The notes beneath the pieces are model-generated. The model was not told where the DNA came from. It ran no database searches and worked only from the letters and a program-made list of their open reading frames with translations. Shown one piece after another: positions 11,628 through 22,067 of a stretch of DNA of 35,737 bases. The stretch comes from Octopus bimaculoides. Its lineage: Eukaryota. The first letter of the stretch is position 1; each line of letters opens with the position of its first letter. The stretch covers positions 3,106,861-3,142,597 of the forward strand of contig NC_069009.1 in assembly GCF_001194135.2 (NCBI RefSeq). The letters run 5' to 3'. A program made the translations under genes and the position numbers.

Positions 11628-12866
11628 CACACACATGCACATATACTGCGTTAGCATTTACGTATGTGTTTAGGATATTACGCTGCTTGACAAGGCTACA
11701 GGAAGCCACTCCAAAGCGTCCCTTTCCTCCGAGCGAGCTGTCCTGTGTTGCATCTGTGAAAGAGGTGTGCTACATGAAAGAGGAAATTAGGAGAAATATA
11801 TCATTACATGTTTTATATCATGCTGGTTTTCATTGATTGTGGTAGATTCTTAAACGGGTGGTTAATTGCAGTACGTATATTGCATGTATGTAAAGGCGCA
11901 GGAGTGGCTGTGTGGTAACTAGCTTGCTTACCAACCACATGGTTCCGGGTTCAGTCCCACTGCGTGGCACCTTGGGCAAGTGCCTTCTACTATAGCCTCG
12001 GGCCGACCAAAGCCTTGTGAGTGGATTTGGTAGACGGAAACTGAAAGAAGCCCGTCGTATATATGTGTATGTATGTGTGTGTGTGTGTGTCCCCCAGCAT
12101 CGCTTGACAACCGATGCTGGTGTGTTTACGTCCCCGTAACTTAGCGGTTCAGCAAAAGAGACCGATCAAATAAGTACTAGGCATCCAAAGAATAAGTCCT
12201 GGGGTCGATTTNNNNNNNNNNNNNNNNNNNNNNNNNNNNNNNNNNNNNNNNNNNNNNNNNNNNNNNNNNNNNNNNNNNNNNNNNNNNNNNNNNNNNNNNN
12301 NNNNNNNNNNNNNNNNNNNNNNNNNNNNNNNNNNNNNNNNNNNNNNNNNNNNNNNNNNNNNNNNNNNNNNNNNNNNNNNNNNNNNNNNNNNNNNNNNNNN
12401 NNNNNNNNNNNNNNNNNNNNNNNNNNNNNNNNNNNNNNNNNNNNNNNNNNNNNNNNNNNNNNNNNNNNNNNNNNNNNNNNNNNNNNNNNNNNNNNNNNNN
12501 NNNNNNNNNNNNNNNNNNNNNNNNNNNNNNNNNNNNNNNNNNNNNNNNNNNNNNNNNNNNNNNNNNNNNNNNNNNNNNNNNNNNNNNNNNNNNNNNNNNN
12601 NNNNNNNNNNNNNNNNNNNNNNNNNNNNNNNNNNNNNNNNNNNNNNNNNNNNNNNNNNNNNNNNNNNNNNNNNNNNNNNNNNNNNNNNNNNNNNNNNNNN
12701 NNNNNNNNNNNNNNNNNNNNNNNNNNNNNNNNNNNNNNNNNNNNNNNNNNNNNNNNNNNNNNNNNNNNNNNNNNNNNNNNNNNNNNNNNNNNNNNNNNNN
12801 NNNNNNNNNNNNNNNNNNNNNNNNNNNNNNNNNNNNNNNNGATATATACATCTCTCTCTCTCTCTT

Positions 12867-12913
<47 letters not shown>

Positions 12914-13352
12914 TTCTCTCTATTTCACTCTTTCTGCTTCTCTCTCTCTTTCTCTGCTTCTCTCTCCCTCCCCCTCTCACTCTTCTCTCTCCCTCTGCTT
13001 CTCTTCTTCCCTCTATCTCTCTGCTCATGTCTTTAGGCATATTTCCCTTTATGCATACAAAGGAAAGAAGAAAGTGTTGTATTAATCAGTCAATCATGTT
13101 CAATTAAGAAATTCTTACATCTTTCTCCTTCTCTCAACTTGTATGTGTGTGTGTGTGTGTTTCCCTCCAGTGCCAAAAAGTACTCTTGCCAAAACAGGCT
13201 GAGTGTCCAAAATGCTGGACAGAATTGTCTCGTTCTCGTTGAAAGATAAGGACCCAAATGCAGTCCTCTCTTCAACCCATGCAGTTCCTATATTTTTAAA
13301 GATGACTCTTGTACACTGACCGTTTGACTTTTCTCTCTCTCTCTCTCTCTAG

Positions 13353-13443
13353 TCTTCTGATGAAGCATCTCTACGAGGCCTGGAGGCCCTGATGACCGAG
13401 TTCTTTGCGGTGGCCACCACGAACAGCAGGAAACGAGAAATTG
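13353..13443 (+). CDS. XPO6: Exportin-6, first visible coding exon (91 nt, no start codon)
   Basis: (ct)n-ag|TCT; SSDEASLRGLEALMTEFFAVATTNSRKREI(E); G|gtatgt. Compare human ASEEASLRALESLMTEFF (recalled). Confidence 0.93.
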
Positions 13444-13959
13444 GTATGTCAGCATCATATTCCTCTTATACGACTTTGTATTGTAGCATGTGTGTAGTTG
13501 TGAGCGTTTTGCCTTTGTGCGTGTGTGTGCCTATGTTTGTGCTTGTATCTGCTTCTGTGTGTGTGTATATGTGTGTCTATATGTTTGTATTTCTCTGTGC
13601 GTGCCCAGCGATGCCTTTCTGGCACTTGTGCCTACGACACGTGTAAGGACTTTCGAGCGACATCGTTGCCAGTGCCCCTGGATTGGCTCTTGTGCGGGTG
13701 GCACATAAAATACACCATTTTGAGCATGGCCGTTGCCAGTACCGTCTGACTGGCCTTCGTGCCGGTGGCACGTAAAAGCACCCACTACACTCTCTGAGTG
13801 GTTGGTGTTAGGAAGGGCATCCAGCTGTAGAAACTCTGCCAAATCAGATTGGAGCCTGGTGTTGCCATCCGGTTTCACCAGTCCTGAGTCAAATCGTCCA
13901 ACCCATGCTAGTATGGAAAGCGGACGTTAAACGACGATGATGATAGTGGGAATTTACAA

Positions 13960-14140
13960 AAAAACAAAAGACGAAGGCGGGTGTGTAAACAGCAAACAGA
14001 TGTATTAGTTTAACGCTCGGGAAATGAGAGTCTTTTATGTTTCGAGCCTACGCTCTTCGACAGAAAGGAACACAGAAATAAACAGGGAGAGAAATAGAAA
14101 AAGGTGTAGTGGCTAGCGATTTATCAAGGCGAATGCCAGA
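13960..14140 (-). mobile_element. Repeat fragment with a Penelope-like hammerhead motif
   Basis: Shares tgtattagtttaacgctc...gtttc-agcct with ~27740-27900. The minus strand contains CTG(T)CGA-A-GAGC-GTAG-GCTC-GAAAC. Confidence 0.55.
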
Positions 14141-14488
14141 CAGATGGGTATTACAGGAGAGCTAGGAAGAAGGGGAGATAATAAAGTAGTGGTGATTCCA
14201 AAACGAAGGTGCGCATGCATGTGTATGTGCATGTAGAAGGGTGCTGGTGACATTGGCATGTGCTTCCGTCTACCAAATCTGCTCATGAAGCTTTGGTCAG
14301 TCCGAAGCTATAGTAGAAGACACTTGCCCAAGGTGCCATGCAGTGGGACTGAACCTGGAACTATGTGGTTGGGAACCAAGCTTCTTACCACACAGCCACA
14401 CCTGTTTATATATGTATATTTATGTATGTATATATATGTTTATATTCATGTATGTATATACTGTTAAAACCCATTTGTTTCTTTGCAG

Positions 14489-14601
14489 AGGAATTGCTAA
14501 ACCTTTTCAGCCAGACACAGGACTCCTGGAAACATTGTCTGTTTTACATGGCAAATACACAGAATGAATATGTCATCATGTTCTGTTTGACTGTACTGGA
14601 G
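14489..14601 (+). CDS. XPO6: Exportin-6 exon (113 nt)
   Basis: ttgcag|AG; ELLNLFSQTQDSWKHCLFYMANTQNEYVIMFCLTVLE; |gtaagt. Confidence 0.95.
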
Positions 14602-15755
14602 GTAAGTATACATCAACCCTACCTACCTATCTAGCACTCCTAGAAATAGCAGCTAACCGCCTCCTATCCCTATCCTGTCCCTCTCACTTTAATATCTTAA
14701 AGGAATGACAAATTGAGAATAATGAAAGAGTTGGATATCAAATCAAGAGAAATTGTACCGATAGCGTTTCTAATATTTGGGGTACTTTATTTAACCGTCT
14801 AGCGTTCAGATTACTCTGTCAAATGTAATGCTAATTTATTCACATTGTTTTGGATTAATTATGCTTCATCTTATAGCTTGAGATTCCGATGATGATGATG
14901 ATGGTGATGATGATGATGGATTGGTAGAACTCCAAGTGGGTCAGATGTGATCCCTTGTGTTTATAGCTTCATTCAGTTGAAGAACTCATACTTAATTACC
15001 TTGCATTTTGAGTTCAAATCCTGCTGAGGTCAAACTTACCATTTTGTTCTTTCAGGGTCGTCCTCATCACTTAACGTCCATTGTCCATGCTGGCATGGGT
15101 TGGACAGTTTGACCAGGGCTGGCAAGCTGAGGCGCTGCACCAGACTCCAGTCTGCTTTGGCATGGTTTTCTATGGCTGGATGCCCTTCCTAACGCCAACC
15201 ACTCCGAGAGTGTAATGGGTGATTTTTATGTGCCACTGGCACAGGAGCCATTTGTGTGACACGGGAGTGTGTTTACGTGTCAGTGGCACAGGTGCCAATT
15301 TGTGTGACACTGGTATCTGCCACAACAGAAACTTTGCTCAGCTTGATGGGTCTTCTTCTCAAGCACGCCATAATGTCAAAGGTCTTGGTTATTGTTTCCA
15401 TGAGTCCCTAGGACGTAAACACACCAGCATCGGTTGTCAAGCGATGTTGGGGCACAAACACAGACACACACACATACATATATATACACATATATACGAC
15501 GGGCTTCTTTCAGTTTCCATCTACCAAATCCGCTCACAAGGCTTTGGTCGGCCCGAGGCTATAGTAGAAGACACTTGCCCAAGGTGCCACGCAGTGGGAC
15601 TGAACCCGGAACCATGTGGTTGGTAAGCAAGCTACTTACCACACAGCCACTCCTAAGCCTATAAAGTGGACGTTAAATGATAATAATGATAATTACAATA
15701 GCGTTTGGTTTGCCGGTTCTTTCTATCTTTATTTCTTTCTTTTCTTCTTCTCCAG

Positions 15756-15953
15756 AATGTCATAAACAAGCAATGGGTTGGCTATTGTGGTGCTGACAAG
15801 ATGGACATCAGGCTGACCCTCAACCAGTACCTGTACGCCCACCACAACAAGGTGCCGTCCTTCATCCGCAACAAGTTGGTCAAGCTGGTTGTGGACATTG
15901 GCCGTACGGACTGGCCTCATTTCTACCCAGATTTCTTTACCAATATCCTTCAG
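15756..15953 (+). CDS. XPO6: Exportin-6 exon (198 nt)
   Basis: ctccag|; NVINKQWVGYCGADKMDIRLTLNQYLYAHHNKVPSFIRNKLVKLVVDIGRTDWPHFYPDFFTNILQ; |gtgaga. Confidence 0.97.
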
Positions 15954-16019
15954 GTGAGATTTGAAACTGCTTCTTTTTTTTTTTTTTTTTTTTTTTTCGG
16001 TTGATAACAAAAAAGGGCC

Positions 16020-16590
16020 ACTACACCATCATCACCATCATATTGAGCAACACTGTACACTGTGCCACTCTGCATCTCTGCACTGCACAAAGACACCAAA
16101 GCACTGCACAACACCACTCCACACTGCACCACGCCATTTTGCACAGTGCAGTATTATACCACACTGCACTGTGCTGCACAAACTATATTGCACCATTGCA
16201 CCACTCTACACTGCACTGTGACACTGTTGCACCATGCCACTGCACCACTCTACACTGTGCAGCCCTGCACCTTGCTGTACTGCACTGCACCACTCCACAA
16301 CACTTCACACTGCACTGTGTCACTCTGTGTTGCATCATGCCACTGCACCACTATACACTGTGCAGCCCTGCTCCTCACTGTAGTGCACCGCACCACTCCA
16401 CAACACTTCATCACACTGCACTGTGCCACTCTACACTGCATCATACCAGTTCACACTTCACTGCACAGCACCACTCCATACAACACTACACTACACCAAA
16501 TCACACCACTCCACACTGTAGCATACAACACCATGTGATACCACTCTACACCATACCACACTACACTATTCCACACACCACCACACACAT
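16020..16590. repeat. Degenerate pentameric repeat (CACTG / CACCA / TACAC)
   Basis: Visible 5-nt periodicity fills most of intron 15954-16613 and explains the His/Thr/Cys-rich ORFs. Confidence 0.9.
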
Positions 16591-16613
16591 TCTCATGTGT
16601 TCCCTTCTTTTAG

Positions 16614-16773
16614 TTGGTACAGGACAGCGAAACGGTGACCCTGGGTGTGTTACTCCTCAAGATGACCTCCGAGGAGCTGATGGCACCAAGGGAAGACCTG
16701 AGTATGGCACGCAAGGAGGAGCTTCACCGACTTCTGTTGGCACAGATCCCTACAGTATTAAACCTATTAAATA
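16614..16773 (+). CDS. XPO6: Exportin-6 exon (160 nt)
   Basis: ttttag|; LVQDSETVTLGVLLLKMTSEELMAPREDLSMARKEELHRLLLAQIPTVLNLLN; A|gtaagt. Confidence 0.96.
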
Positions 16774-16959
16774 GTAAGTCAGCTTGCCTCTGTTTGGATG
16801 GGTGGGGTGAGATCTTGGTAGGAGAGGCCCCTGTTGTTCTGTATCAAGGGTGCTTGAGTGGATGTGTCCCCCTTTTACTTCCTGCTCCTGAGCGAGCAGA
16901 GCAGCCAGCATGTAGCAGGTTGAGAAAGAGAGAGAGAGAGTTGCATTAGCTGAGGTTGA

Positions 16960-17572
16960 ATGAAGTGACAACTAGAATGGTGTGTCTTGTCTAAGGTTGA
17001 ATTAAGTGACCAGTAGAGTGGTGTGTCTTGTCTAAGGTTTACAACTGAGGCTGACTGAGGTGACAAGTAGAGTGGTGTGTCTTGTCTAAGGTTTACAGCT
17101 GTGGTTGACTGAGGGGACAAGTAGAGTGGTGTGTCTTGTCTAAGGTTTANNNNNNNNNNNNNNNNNNNNNNNNNNNNNNNNNNNNNNNNNNNNNNNNNNN
17201 NNNNNNNNNNNNNNNNNNNNNNNNNNNNNNNNNNNNNNNNNGACAAGTAGAGTGGTGTGTCTTGTCTAAGGTTTACAGCTGTGGTTGACTGAGGGGACAA
17301 GTAGAGTGGTGTGTCTTGTCTAAGGTTTATAGCTGTGGTTGACTGAGGGGACAAGTAGAATGGTGTGTCTTGTCTAAAGTTTACATCTGAGGTTGACTGA
17401 AGTGACAAGTAGAATGGTGTGTCTTGTCTAAGGTTGAATTAACTGACAAGTAGAGTGGTGTGTCTTGTCTAAAGTTTACAGCTGAGATTGACTGAGGGGA
17501 CAAGTAGAGTGGTGTGTCTTGTCTAAGGTCTTACAGCTGAGATTGACTGAGTGGTGTGTCTTGTCTAAGGTC
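16960..17572. repeat. Minisatellite with 54-bp and 41-bp unit variants
   Basis: Constant core gacaagtagagtggtgtgtcttgtctaaggtt; 54-nt spacing (17242, 17296, 17350) plus two 41-nt units; includes gap 17150-17241. Confidence 0.95.
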
Positions 17573-17874
17573 TAAAATTACCTGTTTTAAAGTGATTTAA
17601 ATTCCATCAAAATTCCTTATTAATTTATGTTCTAAACCCCAGCTTAATAATGACAAAGCGGTTTTACTAAATTCTTCAGTATTTTCAAAATTAAGTGTAA
17701 CAAAGTGTATTTCAGCAGAAATATGGTAACGAAAGGGTTAAAGTGATCTAAATTAAAACCTTCCTTCAAAATTCCGTGTGAAGTCTGCTTGTCTTTTTTT
17801 CTCTAATCTCCACCACAGCCCTGATTTGAACCAGCCATTGCTGAAACCGCGATTGTCTTTAATCTCCCTTTCAG

Positions 17875-18012
17875 ATATTCTTGAGTCCGTTTTAGAGAAA
17901 CATTGGCACCTGGTGGCAGCCACCCCTCCACCGTCACCGACCCAGGGAGACTCAGGGACGCGGCAACGAGGTTCATCCCTGATGTTGTTCTCTTCCTCTC
18001 CTTTGCAATCAG
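17875..18012 (+). CDS. XPO6: Exportin-6 exon (3' end ambiguous: 17970 or 18012)
   Basis: tttcag|AT; ILESVLEKHWHLVAATPPPSPTQGDSGTRQRGSSLMLFSSSPLQS; G|gtttgt. A second phase-1 donor G|gttcat is at 17970/17971. Confidence 0.85.
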
Positions 18013-18339
18013 GTTTGTGTGATTTTCTATACACATACACACGGGCACATACAGATTTGCATACATCCACCCTTACAGATACATAAAACTGTTGCATATA
18101 CAACCATGCACAGATAGCTATATTGTTACACCCACACACACACACACAGATTATCATCATTTAACATCCGTTTTCTATGCTGGCATGGATCAGATGGTTT
18201 GACAGGAACTGGCAAATCAGAAGACTGCACCAATTTATCCCTAAGCTATCGTTCTTTTACCATTATGGCAAAGTACAAGATTCAGTTAAGCTGTCACAAA
18301 TGAAAAAATTGGTTGATTATCATAAATCATTTCGTTAAC

Positions 18340-18695
18340 AAACAAGAGCACTCAGAGAGTGCAAACCTCCGCCAAGGCAACACCAACGTCCTCTCAACGA
18401 TTAGTCAGAGATGGTTTTTAGAATGAGAATATCTAATATAAACTCACAAACGAGAATACTCAAAATGAACCCGACCACTCTCAAAAATTAAGTAAAAAAG
18501 ACAGGACAAATAATCCAGAATCCTTGTCCAGTACCAGATCGATCCCAAAATCTAATCAGTTTGTGCCAGTCACGACGCCAACCATCCCTGAAAGTTTTAT
18601 CCAAATCCATCCAGCAGTTCTTGAGATGTCTTGTCCATGGACAAACAAACGTGACTGAAAACAATACCTCTGCCTTTGCAAAGGCGGAGGTGGAG
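18340..18695. mobile_element. Non-autonomous Helentron/HINE-like or MITE-like element
   Basis: Subterminal acctccgcc (18365-18373) is complementary to ggcggaggt (18683-18691); terminal hairpin acctctgcctttgcaaaggcggaggt (18666-18691); no coding capacity. Confidence 0.5.
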
Positions 18696-19038
18696 GTATT
18701 GTTTATTTTTGATTACTTTTTAAAAAATTTTATTTGTAAATGATTTGTTATTGTTGCTGTTGTTTGTTGCTATTATTTGATGATGCTAATGTGTTACACT
18801 CTAAATTCTCGCTTTTGTTTCTTTTTTTCTTTTTCTTTTCCTCTACCTGCTCCTCTCCCGGTTCTCCTTTTCTTCTCCCACTACTCACCTACTTCTTTCC
18901 TCTCCCTCCCCCCATCCTCCTTGCTTCACACCATATTTCCTCAAATGCTTCACCGACCCCTTTGCTACTACTATACACTACCGTACCTTCCCATCTACCA
19001 CTTCCTCCTTCTCCTCCTACTCCACAACCTTTCTCCAG

Positions 19039-19816
19039 ACAGTCTGCTGAGTAACATGTTCAAATCCCCGTCGAGTGGCAACCGCAGCCTACAACTGGAG
19101 GCCCTCCCCCCTCTGGACATGTCTTCGTCACTGCTCTGCGAACTCTCCCTCGAGTGCCTGGCCCACTACTTCACGTGGGTGCCGCTCTCCAACACCATCA
19201 CGCCCAACCTCCTCAGTACCATCTTCCACTTCGCAGCGTTTGGCTGCGAGGTCCGCTCTAGCTATCACCACCACCACCTCCATCACCGGAGTGGTGGTGG
19301 CAGCGGTGGTGGCGTCCTCATAACCGGCGGGGGTGGTGTGAACACCACCGGCGCGACGGCGGGTGGCAGTGGAGTCCCCGGCTCCACTGCCACCAGAGGG
19401 GAGCGAGTGGGCGGCGGCAACAACAACAACAGCAGCAGCAGAGGTAGAAGTGGTGGTGGCGTTGGTGGTGGCTCTGCCACGTCCACCTCGGCTAATGCGG
19501 CATCTGTTACTGGCGGTGCCATTGCTAACACCCCTGTTTCCGCCTCTACCGCTGCCGCTGGTGCTGCTGCGGCTTGCCCCAGCAATGGTGGTGGAGGAGC
19601 TGGTGGCGTGGCTGTTGTGGCGCCGGCCAACACTCAGTCCCTGGGTGTGTTGGCGATGAACTGCATCAACGAGCTACTGTCGAAGAACTGCGTTCCTCAG
19701 GAATTTGAGGATTTCCTGCTACAGATGTTCCAGCAGACATTCTTCTTGCTGCAGCGCCTTACCAAAGAAAGTACCCTCAATACCAGCGGCAACAAACTAG
19801 CTGACCTCGATGAATG
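19039..19816 (+). CDS. XPO6: Exportin-6 large exon (778 nt) with a low-complexity insertion
   Basis: ctccag|AC; (D)SLLSNMFKSPSS...ECLAHYFTWVPLS...TIFHFAAFGC-[insert]-LGVLAMNCINELLSKNCVPQEFEDFLLQMFQQTFFLLQ...DLDE; TG|gtatgt. Confidence 0.95.
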
Positions 19817-19848
19817 GTATGTATGTTTTAAGTTTGAAAAATAAATAT

Positions 19849-20810
19849 AATGTGGATGTTCTGTTAGAACAGGCTATACTGTGGTAGATACCACGAGAGA
19901 AACACTCATATTGTCCTTTGATGCAAAATGTACTTTTGTTTATATATTGTTAGTGAGGAGATAAGTCCCCACTATTTCCAGCACTGAGACCACCAGATCA
20001 TGAGATTTTGACCTCTCTTGGCCTTGTCAATGATGGTCGCTAGACTGATAACAGGTTCAGAATAGGTGCTAGTGTTGTGATTAGTTAGTGAGCTTGTTAA
20101 AAAATATGTTCATTAGCAACAGAAGCAGTATTAATACTGAGGGGTTAATATTTATCCTCACTTAAATGTGGATGTTCTGTTAGAACAGATTGTACTTTGG
20201 TAAATACCATGAGAGAAACACTCATATTGTCCTTTGGTGCAAAATGTACTTTTGTTTATATATTGTTAGTGAGGAGATAAGTCCCCACTATTTCCAGCAC
20301 TGAGACCACCAGATCATGAGATTTTGACCTCTCTTGGCCTTGTCAATGATGGTCGCTAGACTGATAACAGGTTCAGAATAGGTGCTAGTGTTGTGATTAG
20401 TTAGTGAGCTTGTTAAAAAATATGTTCATTAGCAACAGAAGCAGTATTAATACTGAGGGGTTAATATTTATCCTCACTTAAATGTGGATGTTCTGTTAGA
20501 ACAGATTATACTTTGGTAAATACCATGAGAGAAACACTCATATTGTCCTTTGGTGCAAATGCGTTCTTGTTTATATCACTAGAGGGGAGATAAATCCTCA
20601 TCACCTCCAGCGCTGAGACCACCAGATCACAAGATTTCGACCTTCCTTGGTGTTGTCCAAAGATCTACACTTGACCACTAGAGGCAACAGTGATTCATCT
20701 CCCCTCTAGCGATATACAGAATAGCAGTTCCAGAAGAGGCTCTGGTGTCACAATTAGCCAGTGACTTTATTAAAAAATATATATTAGCAACAAAGCAGTA
20801 TTAACACCTG
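19849..20810. repeat. Tandem triplication of a 316-bp unit
   Basis: tgtggatgttctgttagaacag at 19851, 20167 and 20483 (316-nt spacing). Copies 1 and 2 are nearly identical; copy 3 diverges after ~20555. Confidence 0.95.
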
Positions 20811-20904
20811 TTTAGAAACCCTTTTCTTTGTCTCTTTAATTATAATATTGTTGCTGCCGCTGATGATGATGATGTAACCTTCCTTTCTGTTTCCCCCCAC
20901 GCAG

Positions 20905-21031
20905 CTATGTAGAGAAATTCACCGATTTCCTGCGACTCTTTGTCAGTATTCATCTGAGGCGCTTCGAATCAAATGCCAAATTCCCTGTGCTGGAGTTTCT
21001 TGCCCTTCTTTTTAAGTACACTTTCAGGCAG
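20905..21031 (+). CDS. XPO6: Exportin-6 exon (127 nt)
   Basis: acgcag|C; YVEKFTDFLRLFVSIHLRRFESNAKFPVLEFLALLFKYTFRQ; |gtaggt. Confidence 0.97.
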
Positions 21032-21957
21032 GTAGGTGGAATTTTTGTTGATGTTGTATCCAGATACAGTTTAATTTGCTGCATGTGTGTGCATGCATGC
21101 TATACTGTGCTGTATGTGGGAGAGGTTGTTCTGTTGATGATGATCACTGGAACGGATGCCTTGCAAGCCCCTTTGGTATTCACTGATCAAAATGATGGTT
21201 AGTACAACCCATACTGTGAGCCCCAACTAGTTGGGATTGATTGCATTTTAAGGGTTAAAACAGTCACAAGGTGACTTGTTTACAGCTCATTGGACTGGAG
21301 CAATGTGAAATGAAGTGTTTTGTTCGAGAATACAGTGCATAGCGTCTGGGAATTGAAACTATGATCTTGTGATTGTAAGTGCAACACTCTAACCACTAAG
21401 CCAGGTTTCTCCACTTATAACACCAGGCTCCAATCTGATCTGGCAGAGTTTCTACAGTTGAATGCCCCTCCTAACGCCAACCACTCCGAGAGTGTAGTGA
21501 GTGCTTTTATGTGCCACCGGCACGAGGGCCAATCAGGCAGTACTGGCAACGGCTATGCTCAGAATGGTGTTTTTACGTGCCACCTGCACAGGAGCCAGTC
21601 CAGCGGCACTGGCAATGACCTCGCTTGAAGGATTTTCTAATGTGCCACCAGCACAAGTGCCAGTAAGGCGATGCTGGTAACGATCACATTCAAATGGTGC
21701 TATTTACATGCCACTAGCACGGAAGCCAGACAGCCTCTCTGGCAATGATCACGCTCAGACGGCGCGGTTAGTACTCCACTGGCACAGGTGCCAGTCATCG
21801 AATATGGTTCAATTACGATTTCGATTTCACAAGCTTTACATTTGACAGAATAATCTGAAAGCTAAAGGATGAGGATGGTGGTGTGTATAATGATGCTGAT
21901 ATTGAGGTCACTATTAATACTACTACTACTACTACAATTGTTTTCCCCTATTTTCAG

Positions 21958-22067
21958 CCGACCAATGAGGGCTTCTACAGTTGCCTGGATATCTGGACAG
22001 TGTTCCTGGATTATCTCCACTCCAAAAGTGAGATGAGGACTTCAGACCATGAGGAAGTCACCAACAG
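21958..22067 (+). CDS. XPO6: Exportin-6 exon (110 nt)
   Basis: tttcag|; PTNEGFYSCLDIWTVFLDYLHSKSEMRTSDHEEVTN; AG|gtaaga. Confidence 0.96.

Noticed and set aside
16001-16774. His/Thr/Cys-rich ORFs (257 aa and 158 aa) resembling metal-binding proteins
   Set aside because: Translations of the pentamer repeat; the real exon here is 16614-16773 in another frame.
16875-17408. ORF with an 18-aa repeat (NLRQDTPLYLSPQSTTAV)
   Set aside because: Results from the 54-nt unit being a multiple of 3; it spans an N-gap and is antisense within an intron.
16960-17572. CRISPR array
   Set aside because: The 'spacers' are near-identical linkers of two types, there are no cas genes, and it lies in a eukaryotic intron. 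It is a minisatellite.
19283-19633. Antisense Pro/Ala-rich ORF and alternate-frame ORFs over the large XPO6 exon
   Set aside because: Expected by-product of GC-rich triplet repeats that lack stop codons; no independent support.
20672-20692. CTCF-like motif (gaccactagaggcaacag)
   Set aside because: One base short of the usual core spacing, inside a repeat unit, and untestable without a motif scan or ChIP data.
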